Assembly: GCA_965113315.1 (NCBI GenBank)
Contig: OZ220365.1
Direction: 5' to 3' (one strand)
Source: Podarcis vaucheri
Taxonomy: Eukaryota
DNA length: 64,000 bases
Shown: in pieces, positions 39,766 through 50,281 of the stretch
Position numbering within the stretch: position 1 is the first letter of the stretch
How the letters are laid out: every line of letters begins with the position of its first letter
Position numbers and translations under genes: made by a program
Notes under the pieces: model-generated
What the model saw: the letters and a program-made list of their open reading frames with translations, nothing else
Databases searched by the model: none
What the model was told of the DNA's origin: nothing

Positions 39766-40007
39766 CAGTGGTACCTCGGGTTACATACGCTTCAGGTTAC
39801 ACACGCTTCAGGTTACAGACTCTGCTAACCCAGAAATAGTACCTCAGGTTAAGAACTTTGCTTCAGGATGAGAACAGAAATCGTGCTCCGACGGCGCGGC
39901 AGCAGCAGGAGGCCCCATTAGCTAAAGTGGTGCTTAAGGTTAAGAACAGTTTCAGGTTAAGAACGGAACTCCGGAACGAATTAAATACTTAACCCGAGGT
40001 ACCACTG
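39766..40007. mobile_element. Tc1/mariner MITE, 242 bp, copy B
   Basis: TIRs CAGTGGTACCTCGGGTTA / TAACCCGAGGTACCACTG, TA TSD; same length and orientation as copy A. Confidence 0.92.
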
Positions 40008-40071
40008 TATTTTATTAGGGGCACCAAAGGAACCTCGGCTCCTAGGAGTTGGCTTCTATGGTTATAGCTAC

Positions 40072-40300
40072 CTTATCTGTTTGGTACTCTAATAGTGCAG
40101 TCATAATATAAGCAGTAAGAGAGACAGAGCTGTTAGTTCCTCCTTGCAGTTCAGTATGCAGCACTCTCCCAGGCTCCTGGAATTCCCCATTGTGCTTCTG
40201 ATGTCTAACAATCCAAGCAGCTGTTGTCTCCAGGATAGATGAATCAATATCTATGAATGGCTGAGCTTGAATAAAACTCCTTAACACAAAAGCCGATAGC
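40072..40300 (-). CDS. CD109: CD109 exon (~25): LSAFVLRSFIQA...EPGRVLHTELQGG...LEYQTDK
   Basis: 229 nt, phase 2-0; catalytic His codon at 40156-40158. Confidence 0.95.
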
Positions 40301-41954
40301 CTAGGGAGAAGTGAAGAATAAATATGTAGGAATTAAACACTTCCACAGATCCCATTCTTTAATTTAACTTGTTGCACAATGTGTTTAAGAAAATATCACA
40401 AATATATGCACTGGAAGGCTTAAAACAAGCTTTGCATGTGCTAATTGCATACAATTGGAACAATTTGTTTATTACATATTTTCATGAACATGTCTGGCCT
40501 TGTAAACTGTCTGAATAGGAGACCATATGGGAACCATATGTAAGCTCCTCTGTGCTCTTTAGTGGAAATGCAAACTCTGAGTGCAGATAAATAAATAAAA
40601 GTATTTAGGGCATATTCTACAACATTATGAAAAAATTCTCAAGTGTGAAACATGCAAAGCAGCTCTTAAAAAGAAATACTTGGAAATAGCCAGCAGCTTT
40701 TTCTATTGAGAGAGCACGGATATGCCAAATTACAATGCAAGAACTACAGTGCAAAGTCGGAATAAATGCTTTATCCTCCAAGAGTTCATAGCAGATGGCA
40801 ACCAAGCATTTCAACCTTTAAAGCCATATCATTCAATTTCCACCCCTCTCCTGAAATTATTTAGTGACCCACGACACTCACCCAGACCCACACATTTGAG
40901 GGATAACCAGCCTCATATAACTCTAATTAATGCATGAAGGAGTTGATGCCACAGAATAAGCTGTCCTGCCAGGCTTAGCTAGGTCACTTCCCTTCACCTC
41001 AGGAAGAAGGTAATCAAGCCTATTTTTGTCCCACTGTCTACCTTAGAAGCTCAACGTGTGATGTCTGAACTGGCTGCTGCAGCTAACACTGCATGGCTCT
41101 AACAAGCCTTTCTTGTGTCCCTATCTCAATAATTTAGGAACTTTCACCACTGTAGCTAAGGCAATGACTGCTTGTGTTTTCTAACTATGGAAAAGCACAT
41201 GAATCTGACTTTTGGAGAGTTTGTAAGTAAAGCATTATCTTACCAAACATGTGGTCTTTTTCTATGCTAAGGGAACAGGGGGACTTTGGAAGGAACTCAG
41301 CAGAGCATATTTTAAAGGTCTAACAGCCTATATTCCTATGCTTTGCTTTGCTGCATAATTTTAAATCTCTGGTGGGGTTCTCTCACCAAAGATTACTTGA
41401 CCCAAACCTAGAACTTGGCATCCAGAAATTCTCTATTTTTTCCCCTTGCCACCAACAACAATTGGGTTGTCAAAGGAGCAGCAGTATTGCATGTGAACAC
41501 CTGCAAATGCCCCTAGGTGAAAGATGGGAAGGCTGATGAATGATCTAGTTGCAAATACAGCAGCAGCAAACTTAGCATCAACATGGCCTGGTGTTGGGAG
41601 AAGAAAAGCTATACTAGCCTGTAGGTGCAGCCATTCCCATTTGCCTTACTGACTTTGTATGTGCATTTTATGCCTAGTACTTGCTGTGCAGCTATTAAAA
41701 CTTGTAATCTTCATCCTTGGGGAATCTGCAGACATCAACTACATTTTATACATTTTCTGGGTAATATGCAAGAACTACATATGAGGACCTACGATGTGAG
41801 TCACGGGTGTACACATCCAGCTCTAAGAATTATAATAACTTAAGACTAGTACATGACTCTGGTTTTGGCAGTTGGTTGCTGTACCAAAACATAATTGATG
41901 CATCTTGCTAACTTCAAGACTATTAAAGATGCACGTTGTTTACTGAACACTTAC

Positions 41955-42036
41955 CACGTGCTGCCAGAGTTGTCTTTGTTTCCAAAAGCACTGAATGAAC
42001 CATCATCTCTTTGATACAGAAGCTCTCTTTGGTATC
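41955..42036 (-). CDS. CD109: CD109 exon (~24): [27 protein letters not shown]
   Basis: 82 nt, phase 1-2; DGSFSAFG thioester-domain motif; CCAG acceptor, GTAAGT donor. Confidence 0.96.
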
Positions 42037-43422
42037 CTGGAGAAATGAAATATAAGAACAGCATTGTATGGCAGTTGGGCTGAGTTTATTCAATAGGTTT
42101 ATCACCTCCCAGCTAGGCATCCACTGCAGACTAATTGCTAAACCTTATAGGAACCAAACTGCTACTCATGCTTGGTTGAATAATGCATCTCAACTACAAA
42201 ACAGTGTCTTATAAAAAGCAAGATCTATGAGAAATTCCTTATTACAGCGGGTTTACAGTCTCAGGTAATCAAAAAGCTAATGCACTAATTGATGTACATA
42301 ATGTAATGGGAGGCTGAATTGGAATATTCAAATACTGATTTATGTTTTTTATTACATTTATATCCCACGCTACCTGCCATTTTATCCTCACAAGACTTCT
42401 GTGAGGTAGGTCAGGCTGAGAGAAGGCAACTAGCCCAAGGTCCGATAGCAAGCTTCAGGGGCAAAGTACTTAACTCCTTCATCATCAAGCCCAATTATTA
42501 TTCCCACTGCTAACAAAGTGATTCTGTGAAGCACTTATCCAGAGACCTTATATGATAAAGTGAAATGTGAAATATACTTTTCTAGTTTAAAACTGTATTC
42601 AGGGAGTTGCACTCACATTTTACTCTTCAGCATGCATGGGAGCAGATAAAGTGAATGACTTGTGTAATCTTACTAACAGAACCCATGTTATCTGAACCAT
42701 GATAGTCTCATATATCTATCTCTCCTGAATATTCTTTAAGTCTTGGGTTTTGTTTTGTTTTTTAATCCCATATATATTAAGCTAGCTCTGTTCCCAATCT
42801 GAAAGTGAAAAATCAGCAGAAGAAAGAAGTGGGCAGAAGCTTGCCAAGTAGAACAGAGCAGCTGCACTGTCTAATTGGCGGGTGGGGATCACTGTTGTGT
42901 ACCAGGAGAGAGAGGGGTGAGGGGGCAGGGAGATTGGTCTGGCATAAAACACACCTGCTGAGCAAACCTAGTGCATTTCTGGAAGTGAGACAGAGGTGGA
43001 AACATTTAGGAAAATTAAAATCAATCAACCCAGATAAAGGGTGCAATTCACTTAGCACCTCTTTAACAAACAGCAGGAAAATAATAAAATCAGAGGGCTG
43101 GGCTTGGAAGCATAATCTCTCCTAGTTTGCACTTTAAACTACATCATCCATACTACATATTACCACCATTATACTTCCCCAAACACACACACAGATGTAA
43201 AACAAACTGGCCAAAAGAGAACCATGTTTGTGCACTAAAGCTAAGATGTTTGTAATGCCTTTTGATTAGAGTCAATCCCTACAGTTTACAGACTGAAACC
43301 ACCAACCCATATAAACACCACCTGGCAGGAACTCATATCTCAAAATGTGTTTAAAAAAAATACTTGTATGAAGTGATCAAATGACCAAATGAATTAGCCT
43401 TTAGGAATAACTTGGCTGTTAG

Positions 43423-44941
43423 GGCACTTCCGGTTCCGGACGCGAGCAGTGAGGAAGCGCAGAAAGCTAGCTCTCGGCTTTCTGGGCGCTGTGGAAGTGT
43501 GGGGGAGACGCAAGGGCGCAGCGCACCCCCGAAACCTCAGGGGGGGAACCCTTGGGGGTGAGGCAACCCGCAGCGTGGACGCGGTCGTCCTAGCCTTTCT
43601 GGCAAAGACAGAGAGAGCGTGAAAGATCGGCGACCGCCAGCGCAAATTGGGAAGTGCCGATTCCACAGCGAAACGCCTGGAGCTTCAACTGCGAAAGCGT
43701 TGGAATTCTCTTGAGATAGAACGGGGTCTCCAGCGTGAGAAAAGGTTCTTCTTTGCTCAAAGCGCTTACTAGTTAAGCGCGCAGTTGGTGAGAAGCTAGG
43801 AGACGTCTGGGTATTTTTTTTAAAACTTTTGTTTGTTATTTCGGGATTTTCCTCAGCAGCGGAGTCAAGATGGCGCAGAAAGAGAGTCGCAGGAGTGAGG
43901 AGGTTAGTAATCAGTCTGACTGAATGAGTTAGAACCGAACTGAGAATAAATATAGACCACAACGATTTTTATTGACTATATTAAACTACTACACTAGATA
44001 AATACAACGCCTATACGGACACTACTAAGGTATACTAAACAAGTTCAACGCTAATCTTGGGACATAAACTGTGATTAACGCTTTTTTTAAGTCCTCCGGA
44101 GAGGCTCCTTCTTTTGGTTACGTTGTTGTTTTTCTTGACTTTTCTTTTCTTCAATGCTATTGACTCCCTTGTGGACATATATCCAGATAAGTTGGTAAGA
44201 ACACGACAAGGGAGATGCGGCAAGGGTTTGATATGTGATTTGCGACCTGAGTCATATAAAAGACATTCCAAGCAGTGACGCCAACAGCTGATTTGGGAGC
44301 TACTTTAAGCCATTTTAAGAAGCTGGCTTTTAACGGAGAAACTAGGCATTGAGCCTAACCAACCATACAGAGCACTCTTCAGCGACTGGGTCTGAATGAG
44401 GAGTGTCGGAAGCTTTCGAAGCGTCGGTGTATATTAACCAGGACTGAGCTTGAATGTATTGGGGGAGAAACGGTGCAGGACAACTACGCGTTTAAGAGCA
44501 AACCTATCCCTCCCCTGACCTTCTACCCTTTCTCCTTTCTCTCCTTCTCCTCTTATTGGATGTTGAGTGGGACGCAGGTGAGAGCAGGTAAAGGACCTGG
44601 AGAGGACTAAGAGAAGCAAAAGAGAAGGTCAAGGCCTGGAGCGGACTAAGTGACTAAGCGCCATTTTCCGGATTGGCATCTCCTCCACGGTTTCCCTTTT
44701 CTCTCCCCTTATCTTTTGTATCCCTACATTTCTTGTAGTTAAGAGAGTATCCCGGGGAATTGTGGCCTCGCCAGGGCCCATATGTGCTGATACGTGTTTA
44801 TGTGCTTAGGTGTTTATGTGCTTAGGTGTTTATATACAGGGGCAGAAGGTACAGCCAGATTAGATTTATTATAGGTTATCCCGGGTGAACGCTCCTTGAG
44901 AGGAAAGGAGGAAGGGTTGGGAGGGGGGAGTGTTATAAAGA
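43423..44941 (+). promoter_or_regulatory. L1 5' UTR / internal Pol II promoter (1519 bp)
   Basis: Starts GGCACTTCCGG (ETS-type site); CpG-rich first ~500 bp; YY1-type motifs CAAGATGGCG at 43866-43875 and CGCCATTTT at 44659-44667. Confidence 0.75.
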
Positions 44942-46003
44942 ATGATGGGGAAGGAGGGGAAGGACCTTAAGAGAATGGGCGGGACCCCAGGAGAAAGAAA
45001 GGCATCGCGTCAGGAGGAGATTAAAGATCTAGATAGCTTATGGATCAAAATAAAGGAAGAATTTAAACAAAATGAAACACATATGGAAAACAAGCTAGGG
45101 GATATGCAAGACCTGATTGACAAAAAAATAGAGGAGGCAGTAGGAGAACTCTCATCCAAAATTCAAGATCTGTCAGTAAAATCCAAAATGATTGAGGAGA
45201 CCAATAAGAAATTACAGAAAGAAATGAGGGAACAGAAAAGAGAAACGGGGAGGATGAGGGAGGAGTTGGGCGAAATAAATAAGGCACAGGACAAGATTTG
45301 GGATAACCTTGCTATGGCCGACATGCGACAAAAGCAGCTCCACTTAAAATTCAGAGGGGTGGCAGAAGAAAGAAATGAAGATGTAAGAAAGAAAATGACT
45401 AAGGAGCTCTCTAATTGGTTGGGTTTGGCAGAGGAAGAGGTAGCTTTAACGATCGATAATGCATTTAGAATGTCTAGACCCCAGCATCTAAAAACTAACA
45501 AATTTTTGGGAGACTGTCTGGTGATATTCAACTCCCTTGAAATGAGAAATTTAATATTAAGGACGAGTTACCGTAACAAACTTAGAATTGAAGGGAGGCC
45601 CATTATCATTTATAAAGAGATTCCAATTAGATTATTAAGAAAAAGAGAGGGCTACAGACAAGTGGTCGCGGCTCTAAAGAGAAATGGAATAGAATATAGA
45701 TGGGAGTTCCCAGAGGGGATTTCTTTCTTTTATAAAGATAAGAAATTTAAACTAATGGACATACAAGAAACAGAGAAGTTTCTAAGAAGATATGAAAAAG
45801 AGTTAGGAAGGATAGAATATAGAGTACGAAGTAAAGAAGAGGTGAGAGGGAATGGGCGAGAGAGGAAGGAAGAGAAGGAGGGAAGTGTGAAAGGCCAAGG
45901 AGAGAGGGGGTTAGACTCTGGAGATGAAGACGAAGAAGCCGCAGTGGGAGAAGGGGCGGTTGAAGAGGAGGGGTTCCTAGGAAGCAAAGGCATCGGTTTT
46001 TAA
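44942..46003 (+). CDS. L1 ORF1p (coiled coil, RRM, CTD; nucleic-acid chaperone), 353 aa
   Basis: Heptad-rich E/K/L N-terminal half, LKFRGVAE RRM entry motif, WEFPEGISF CTD-like motif; lies immediately upstream of ORF2. Confidence 0.92.
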   Translation: MMGKEGKDLKRMGGTPGERKASRQEEIKDLDSLWIKIKEEFKQNETHMENKLGDMQDLIDKKIEEAVGELSSKIQDLSVKSKMIEETNKKLQKEMREQKRETGRMREELGEINKAQDKIWDNLAMADMRQKQLHLKFRGVAEERNEDVRKKMTKELSNWLGLAEEEVALTIDNAFRMSRPQHLKTNKFLGDCLVIFNSLEMRNLILRTSYRNKLRIEGRPIIIYKEIPIRLLRKREGYRQVVAALKRNGIEYRWEFPEGISFFYKDKKFKLMDIQETEKFLRRYEKELGRIEYRVRSKEEVRGNGRERKEEKEGSVKGQGERGLDSGDEDEEAAVGEGAVEEEGFLGSKGIGF

Positions 46004-46046
46004 CTTGAATTTTGATTTGAGGTAAAGTAGTTAGAGAACTAAGACA

Positions 46047-49000
46047 ATGTTGGATACCTTAAAATTTTTATCATGGAACGTGAATGGGTTGAATGAGAAA
46101 ATTAAAAGGAATAAAATCCAAAAAGTTTTGAGAAATAAAAAATACGATGTAATTTGTTTTCAGGAAACCCATATTGCAGAGAGACACAAACATATTTTGG
46201 TGAATAAAAACTTAGGAATAGAATTTGTAAACTCGGAGGTAAACAAAAAAAAAGGAGTGGTAATCTATGCTAAAGAAAGGTGGGAACCAAGACTAATCTG
46301 TAAAGATGAAGAAGGTAGAATACTAGGTATTCAATTAAATTTTAGAGGGGAAAGAATTAACGTGGTGTCGGTCTATGCACCAAATACAAACAGAACTGAG
46401 TTCTTTGGAAAATTAGAAAGTATGTTGTTGGAATTGGAACCGTATAAGTTAATTTTGTTGGGAGATTGGAACGGGGTCCCAATACCGAGTATAGATAGAA
46501 GTGAGAACCAAAGGAACGTAAACAGGGGGAAGCTCCCTAACTCATTTAATGAGTTAGTGGAAAATTTAGATCTAATTGACATCTGGAGGCATCGGAACCC
46601 CACAACAAAACAGTTCACTCATTACTCAGAGCCACACCAGAGCTGGGGTAGGATTGACCAGATATGGGTGACCAGGGCTATGGTATGGAGAGTTAAGAGA
46701 TGTGAGATATTACCCAGGACCCTGTCGGATCACTGCCCCTTGACCTTGGAAATTAAAAACGAATTGAAAGGGCAGCTCAGGTGGAGGATGAACGAATATT
46801 TATTTGAAAATGAGGAAGTACTGGATATGGCAAAAAAAACTTTGAGAGATTATTTGGAGACGAATCTAAATAGAGATACCCCAATAGAGCTGGTTTGGGA
46901 TGCTGGTAAGGCCGTCCTAAGGGGCTTCCTAATACAACAAAATAGCTATAGAAAGAAGTTAAGGGAGAAAAAGAAGGATGATATTTTAGCACAATTGAGA
47001 GACTATGAAAGAAGACTTGCTTTAGATCCGACGGACGAAATAACCAATCAAACGGTGAGGGTGCTGCGGTCCCAATACTCAGCTATTCTGAATCTAGAGG
47101 TAGAACAGAAAATTAAATTTACGAGACAGAAATATTTTGAGTCGGCAAATAAAATGGGGAAGTTACTTGCTTGGCAGCTTAGGAAAAGAAGGAAACAAAA
47201 TGTGATTAATAAACTTATAATAGATGAAAGGGTAATAGAAGATCCAGAGGATATTGAAAACAGGTTTGTTGCCTTCTTTGAAAAGCTGTATGAAAAAGGA
47301 GAAGAGAGCAGTGTAGAAATAGAGAACTATCTAAACCGAGAAGAAAGGAAATTCATTACGGAAGAGGACTGTATACATCTAAATAATGCGGTGTCTGTAA
47401 AAGAGGTCCAGGACGCTATTAATAAAATGAAGAACGGGAAGTCCCCCGGTCCGGATGGCCTACCGGCAAAATATTATAAAAAAATGATAGATCTATTAGT
47501 GCCGGTACTAACGGAGGTAATTAATAATACTCTCCGAGAAGGGAGGATTCCTAGCTCCTGGAAGGAGGCGTATATTACATTAGTCCCTAAGACCGAAAGC
47601 GAAAAGACAGATTTAAAAAATTATAGGCCAATCTCATTATTAAATTGCGACTATAAGATCTTCGCAGACATTATGGCAAGCAGACTCAAAAAATTACTAA
47701 ATAGATATATACATAGAGACCAAGTGGGATTCTTACCGGGTAGACAATTGAGAGACAACGTCCGGCATGTATTAGATATTTTGGAGTTTTTAGAGGCAAG
47801 ACCAGATGTCCCAGCGGCCCTTATCTTTGTCGATGCAGAAAAAGCTTTTGACTGTGTGTCTTGGGAATTCCTGTTACAAAAACTCGACAAGGTGGGTATA
47901 AGAGGCCCCTATCTGAAGGGTATCAGGGCAATCTATAAAGAGCAGCAGGCCAGGTTGATTGTTAATAATAATTTGACTAAGTATTTTCCGATTATGAAAG
48001 GTACAAGGCAGGGCTGCCCTTTGTCACCCTTATTGTTTATTTTGGTGTTAGAAACAGTCGCAAATAAAATAAGAACGACCCCGAGCATTAAGGGTATAAG
48101 AATTGGAGAGAAAGAGTACAAATTAAAAGCTTACGCAGATGACCTAGTCTTTTTCCTCGAGAACCCATCTGAAACCACCAGTAAGGCGATAGAACTTTTG
48201 GAAGAGTATGGCAAATTATCCGGATTCAAGCTAAATAGGGGGAAAACTAAAATACTAACAAAGAACCTTACCGCACAAGAAAGAACACAGTTAGAACAAC
48301 AGGTGAATATTAAAGTAGTAAATAAGGTGAAATATCTGGGAATTTGGTTGTCCCCAAAGAATATTAATTTGGTTGAGGATAATTACAATAAATTATGGAA
48401 GGAAATTAAGAAAGATATGAACATCTGGCGTAGATTGAATCTATCTTGGACCGGGAGGATGGAATCGATTAAGATGTGTATCCTCCCGAGATTGCTATTC
48501 CTGTTCCAGAACTTGCCAGTCATAAAAGGCACCACCTGCTTTAAAAATTGGCAAAAGACCCTGACCAAATACATTTGGCAAGAGAAGAAACCCAGGGTGA
48601 AACTTAAATATTTGATGGATGCTAGGGAAAGAGGGGGTTTTGGCGTACCGAACCTAAGGCTCTATTATGAGGCGGCATGCCTACTATGGATAAAGGACTG
48701 GGCCTCCCTGAAAGATACTGATCTATTAGACCTGGAAGGGTTTGATTTAAGATTTGGGTGGCATGCCTACCTTTGGCAGGGAAAGGACAAGGTCCATAGA
48801 GGATTTACTAACCATATAATTAGGGGATCACTCATAGAAGTTTGGAACAGGAAGAAAAATGTGATTGAACAAAATACTCCCTGGTGGCTTTCACCCGTGG
48901 ATATTATTAAAATAAAGAAACTAAATATGACCGGTAAAAGATGGACTTATGAGGATCTATTAATTAAAACAGAAGAAGGGTGGAAATTAAGAACACAGGA

Positions 49001-49805
49001 TGAATTGAAAGAGAAGATTAAGGATTGGTTCCACCTTCACCAAGTTAGTGCAATATGGAGGGAACATAAGAGAATAGGTATGGGAGAAAATAAATCAAGA
49101 TACCAAACCGAGATTATGGAGAGTAATAGCAAATTATTGTCTAAGATGTATAGGCAATTGCTGGAAAGTGAAAATAAAGAAGTGTTAATTAAAGAAGTAA
49201 TGATTAAATGGAACAAAGATCTAGGATATGAGATAGGATATGACAAATGGCAAATATTATGGAAAAAAGGGATGAGATTTACCGTATGTGCTGACTTACG
49301 TGAGAATATGTATAAGATGATGTACCGCTGGTATCTGACCCCAGCAAGACTAGGGAGAATGTATAGAACAGCAGATAATACCTGCTGGAGATGTAAAGAT
49401 AAGGTGGGGACTTTCCTCCATATCTGGTGGACCTGTGAGGAAGTGAAGGGTTTCTGGGGTCAAGTTTATGAGGAGTTAAAGAAAATTTTGAAGTATAACT
49501 TTCCCAAGAAGCCTGAAGCGTTCCTCCTAGGGATGATAGGAGAAGAGATAAGAAAGACAGATCAGACTTTCTTCCAATACGCCACCACCGCTGCGAGAAT
49601 TCTAATAGCAAAGAATTGGAAATCTCCAGAAATACCTACAATGAGAGAATGGCAGGAGAAAGTATATCAATACCTGGAATTGGCGAGACTTACACAATAT
49701 ATTAGGCGAGATAAACCGATAAAAAAGACAGAAGAATGGTCTAAATTTATAAGCTACCTTGAGATTAATTTGAGAATTAATAACTTAACAGTAGATGATG
49801 CTTAA
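46047..49805 (+). CDS. L1 ORF2p (APE endonuclease, reverse transcriptase, CCHC domain), 1252 aa
   Basis: SWNVNGL, QETH, VYAPN, GDWN, RIDQI, SDH (endonuclease); KSPGPDG, YRPISLLN, DAEKAFD, GTRQGCPLSP, YADD, KYLG (RT); CWRC..HIWWTC; no stops or frameshifts. Confidence 0.98.
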   Translation: MLDTLKFLSWNVNGLNEKIKRNKIQKVLRNKKYDVICFQETHIAERHKHILVNKNLGIEFVNSEVNKKKGVVIYAKERWEPRLICKDEEGRILGIQLNFRGERINVVSVYAPNTNRTEFFGKLESMLLELEPYKLILLGDWNGVPIPSIDRSENQRNVNRGKLPNSFNELVENLDLIDIWRHRNPTTKQFTHYSEPHQSWGRIDQIWVTRAMVWRVKRCEILPRTLSDHCPLTLEIKNELKGQLRWRMNEYLFENEEVLDMAKKTLRDYLETNLNRDTPIELVWDAGKAVLRGFLIQQNSYRKKLREKKKDDILAQLRDYERRLALDPTDEITNQTVRVLRSQYSAILNLEVEQKIKFTRQKYFESANKMGKLLAWQLRKRRKQNVINKLIIDERVIEDPEDIENRFVAFFEKLYEKGEESSVEIENYLNREERKFITEEDCIHLNNAVSVKEVQDAINKMKNGKSPGPDGLPAKYYKKMIDLLVPVLTEVINNTLREGRIPSSWKEAYITLVPKTESEKTDLKNYRPISLLNCDYKIFADIMASRLKKLLNRYIHRDQVGFLPGRQLRDNVRHVLDILEFLEARPDVPAALIFVDAEKAFDCVSWEFLLQKLDKVGIRGPYLKGIRAIYKEQQARLIVNNNLTKYFPIMKGTRQGCPLSPLLFILVLETVANKIRTTPSIKGIRIGEKEYKLKAYADDLVFFLENPSETTSKAIELLEEYGKLSGFKLNRGKTKILTKNLTAQERTQLEQQVNIKVVNKVKYLGIWLSPKNINLVEDNYNKLWKEIKKDMNIWRRLNLSWTGRMESIKMCILPRLLFLFQNLPVIKGTTCFKNWQKTLTKYIWQEKKPRVKLKYLMDARERGGFGVPNLRLYYEAACLLWIKDWASLKDTDLLDLEGFDLRFGWHAYLWQGKDKVHRGFTNHIIRGSLIEVWNRKKNVIEQNTPWWLSPVDIIKIKKLNMTGKRWTYEDLLIKTEEGWKLRTQDELKEKIKDWFHLHQVSAIWREHKRIGMGENKSRYQTEIMESNSKLLSKMYRQLLESENKEVLIKEVMIKWNKDLGYEIGYDKWQILWKKGMRFTVCADLRENMYKMMYRWYLTPARLGRMYRTADNTCWRCKDKVGTFLHIWWTCEEVKGFWGQVYEELKKILKYNFPKKPEAFLLGMIGEEIRKTDQTFFQYATTAARILIAKNWKSPEIPTMREWQEKVYQYLELARLTQYIRRDKPIKKTEEWSKFISYLEINLRINNLTVDDA

Positions 49806-50157
49806 CTCCTTCGACATATAAAGATAATTGAAAATAACTGCAGATGATAAATGTAGAATATTTAATCCAAAGCTGAGGTTAATGGAAGTCAACTGTATGT
49901 AAGGGAATGATTGAAAGTGGTTTACTTTGTGATGTTTGGTTTTTTTTTTTTTCTTTTCTTTTTTCTTTTTCTTTCTCTACTTTTTTTGTTATTCCTCTTT
50001 TTTAGAAGCATGTGTTTTAATGTGTTATTTGTATTGTATCTTTTTTTACGATACAATCACTTTTGTATGAGAAAGTATACCTGATTGCAATAAAGTTTTT
50101 CAATTAAAAAAAAAAAAAAAAAAAAAAGGAATAACTTGGCTGTTAGAATAAAACCAC

Positions 50158-50281
50158 AAGGTGGTATTCAACTGTGTTTTATTCAGAGCAGACCCACTGA
50201 AATTAATGGACCCAACTTAGTTGTGTTCATTAATTTTAAGTGGTGGGTCTGCTCTAGAGTAAAACTTAGTTGAATACAACG
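50158..50281. repeat. Palindromic MITE-like element immediately downstream of the L1 TSD
   Basis: GTATTCAACT..AGAGCAGACCCAC pairs with GTGGGTCTGCTCT..AGTTGAATAC. Confidence 0.7.

Larger units (their letters stand above)
43423..50126 (+). mobile_element. Full-length L1 (LINE-1 clade) retrotransposon, antisense in the CD109 intron 42037-52209
   Basis: CpG-rich 5' UTR, ORF1, 43-nt spacer, ORF2, T-rich 3' UTR, AATAAA at 50089-50094, A22 tail at 50106-50127; identical 20-bp flanks AGGAATAACTTGGCTGTTAG at 43403-43422 and 50127-50146. Confidence 0.97.

Noticed and set aside
43537-43962. 141-aa antisense ORF in the L1 5' UTR (ORF0-like)
   Set aside because: Starts at TTG, lies in GC-rich sequence and has no recognisable motif; cannot be supported without conservation across family copies.
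45063-49611. Several minus-strand ORFs within L1 ORF1/ORF2
   Set aside because: Shadow frames of A-rich coding sequence with no independent evidence.
50085-50127. L1 poly(A) tail acting as a cryptic U-rich acceptor in CD109 pre-mRNA
   Set aside because: The first AG is about 20 nt beyond the U run, past an A-rich spacer, so the site is weak and unsupported without RNA data.
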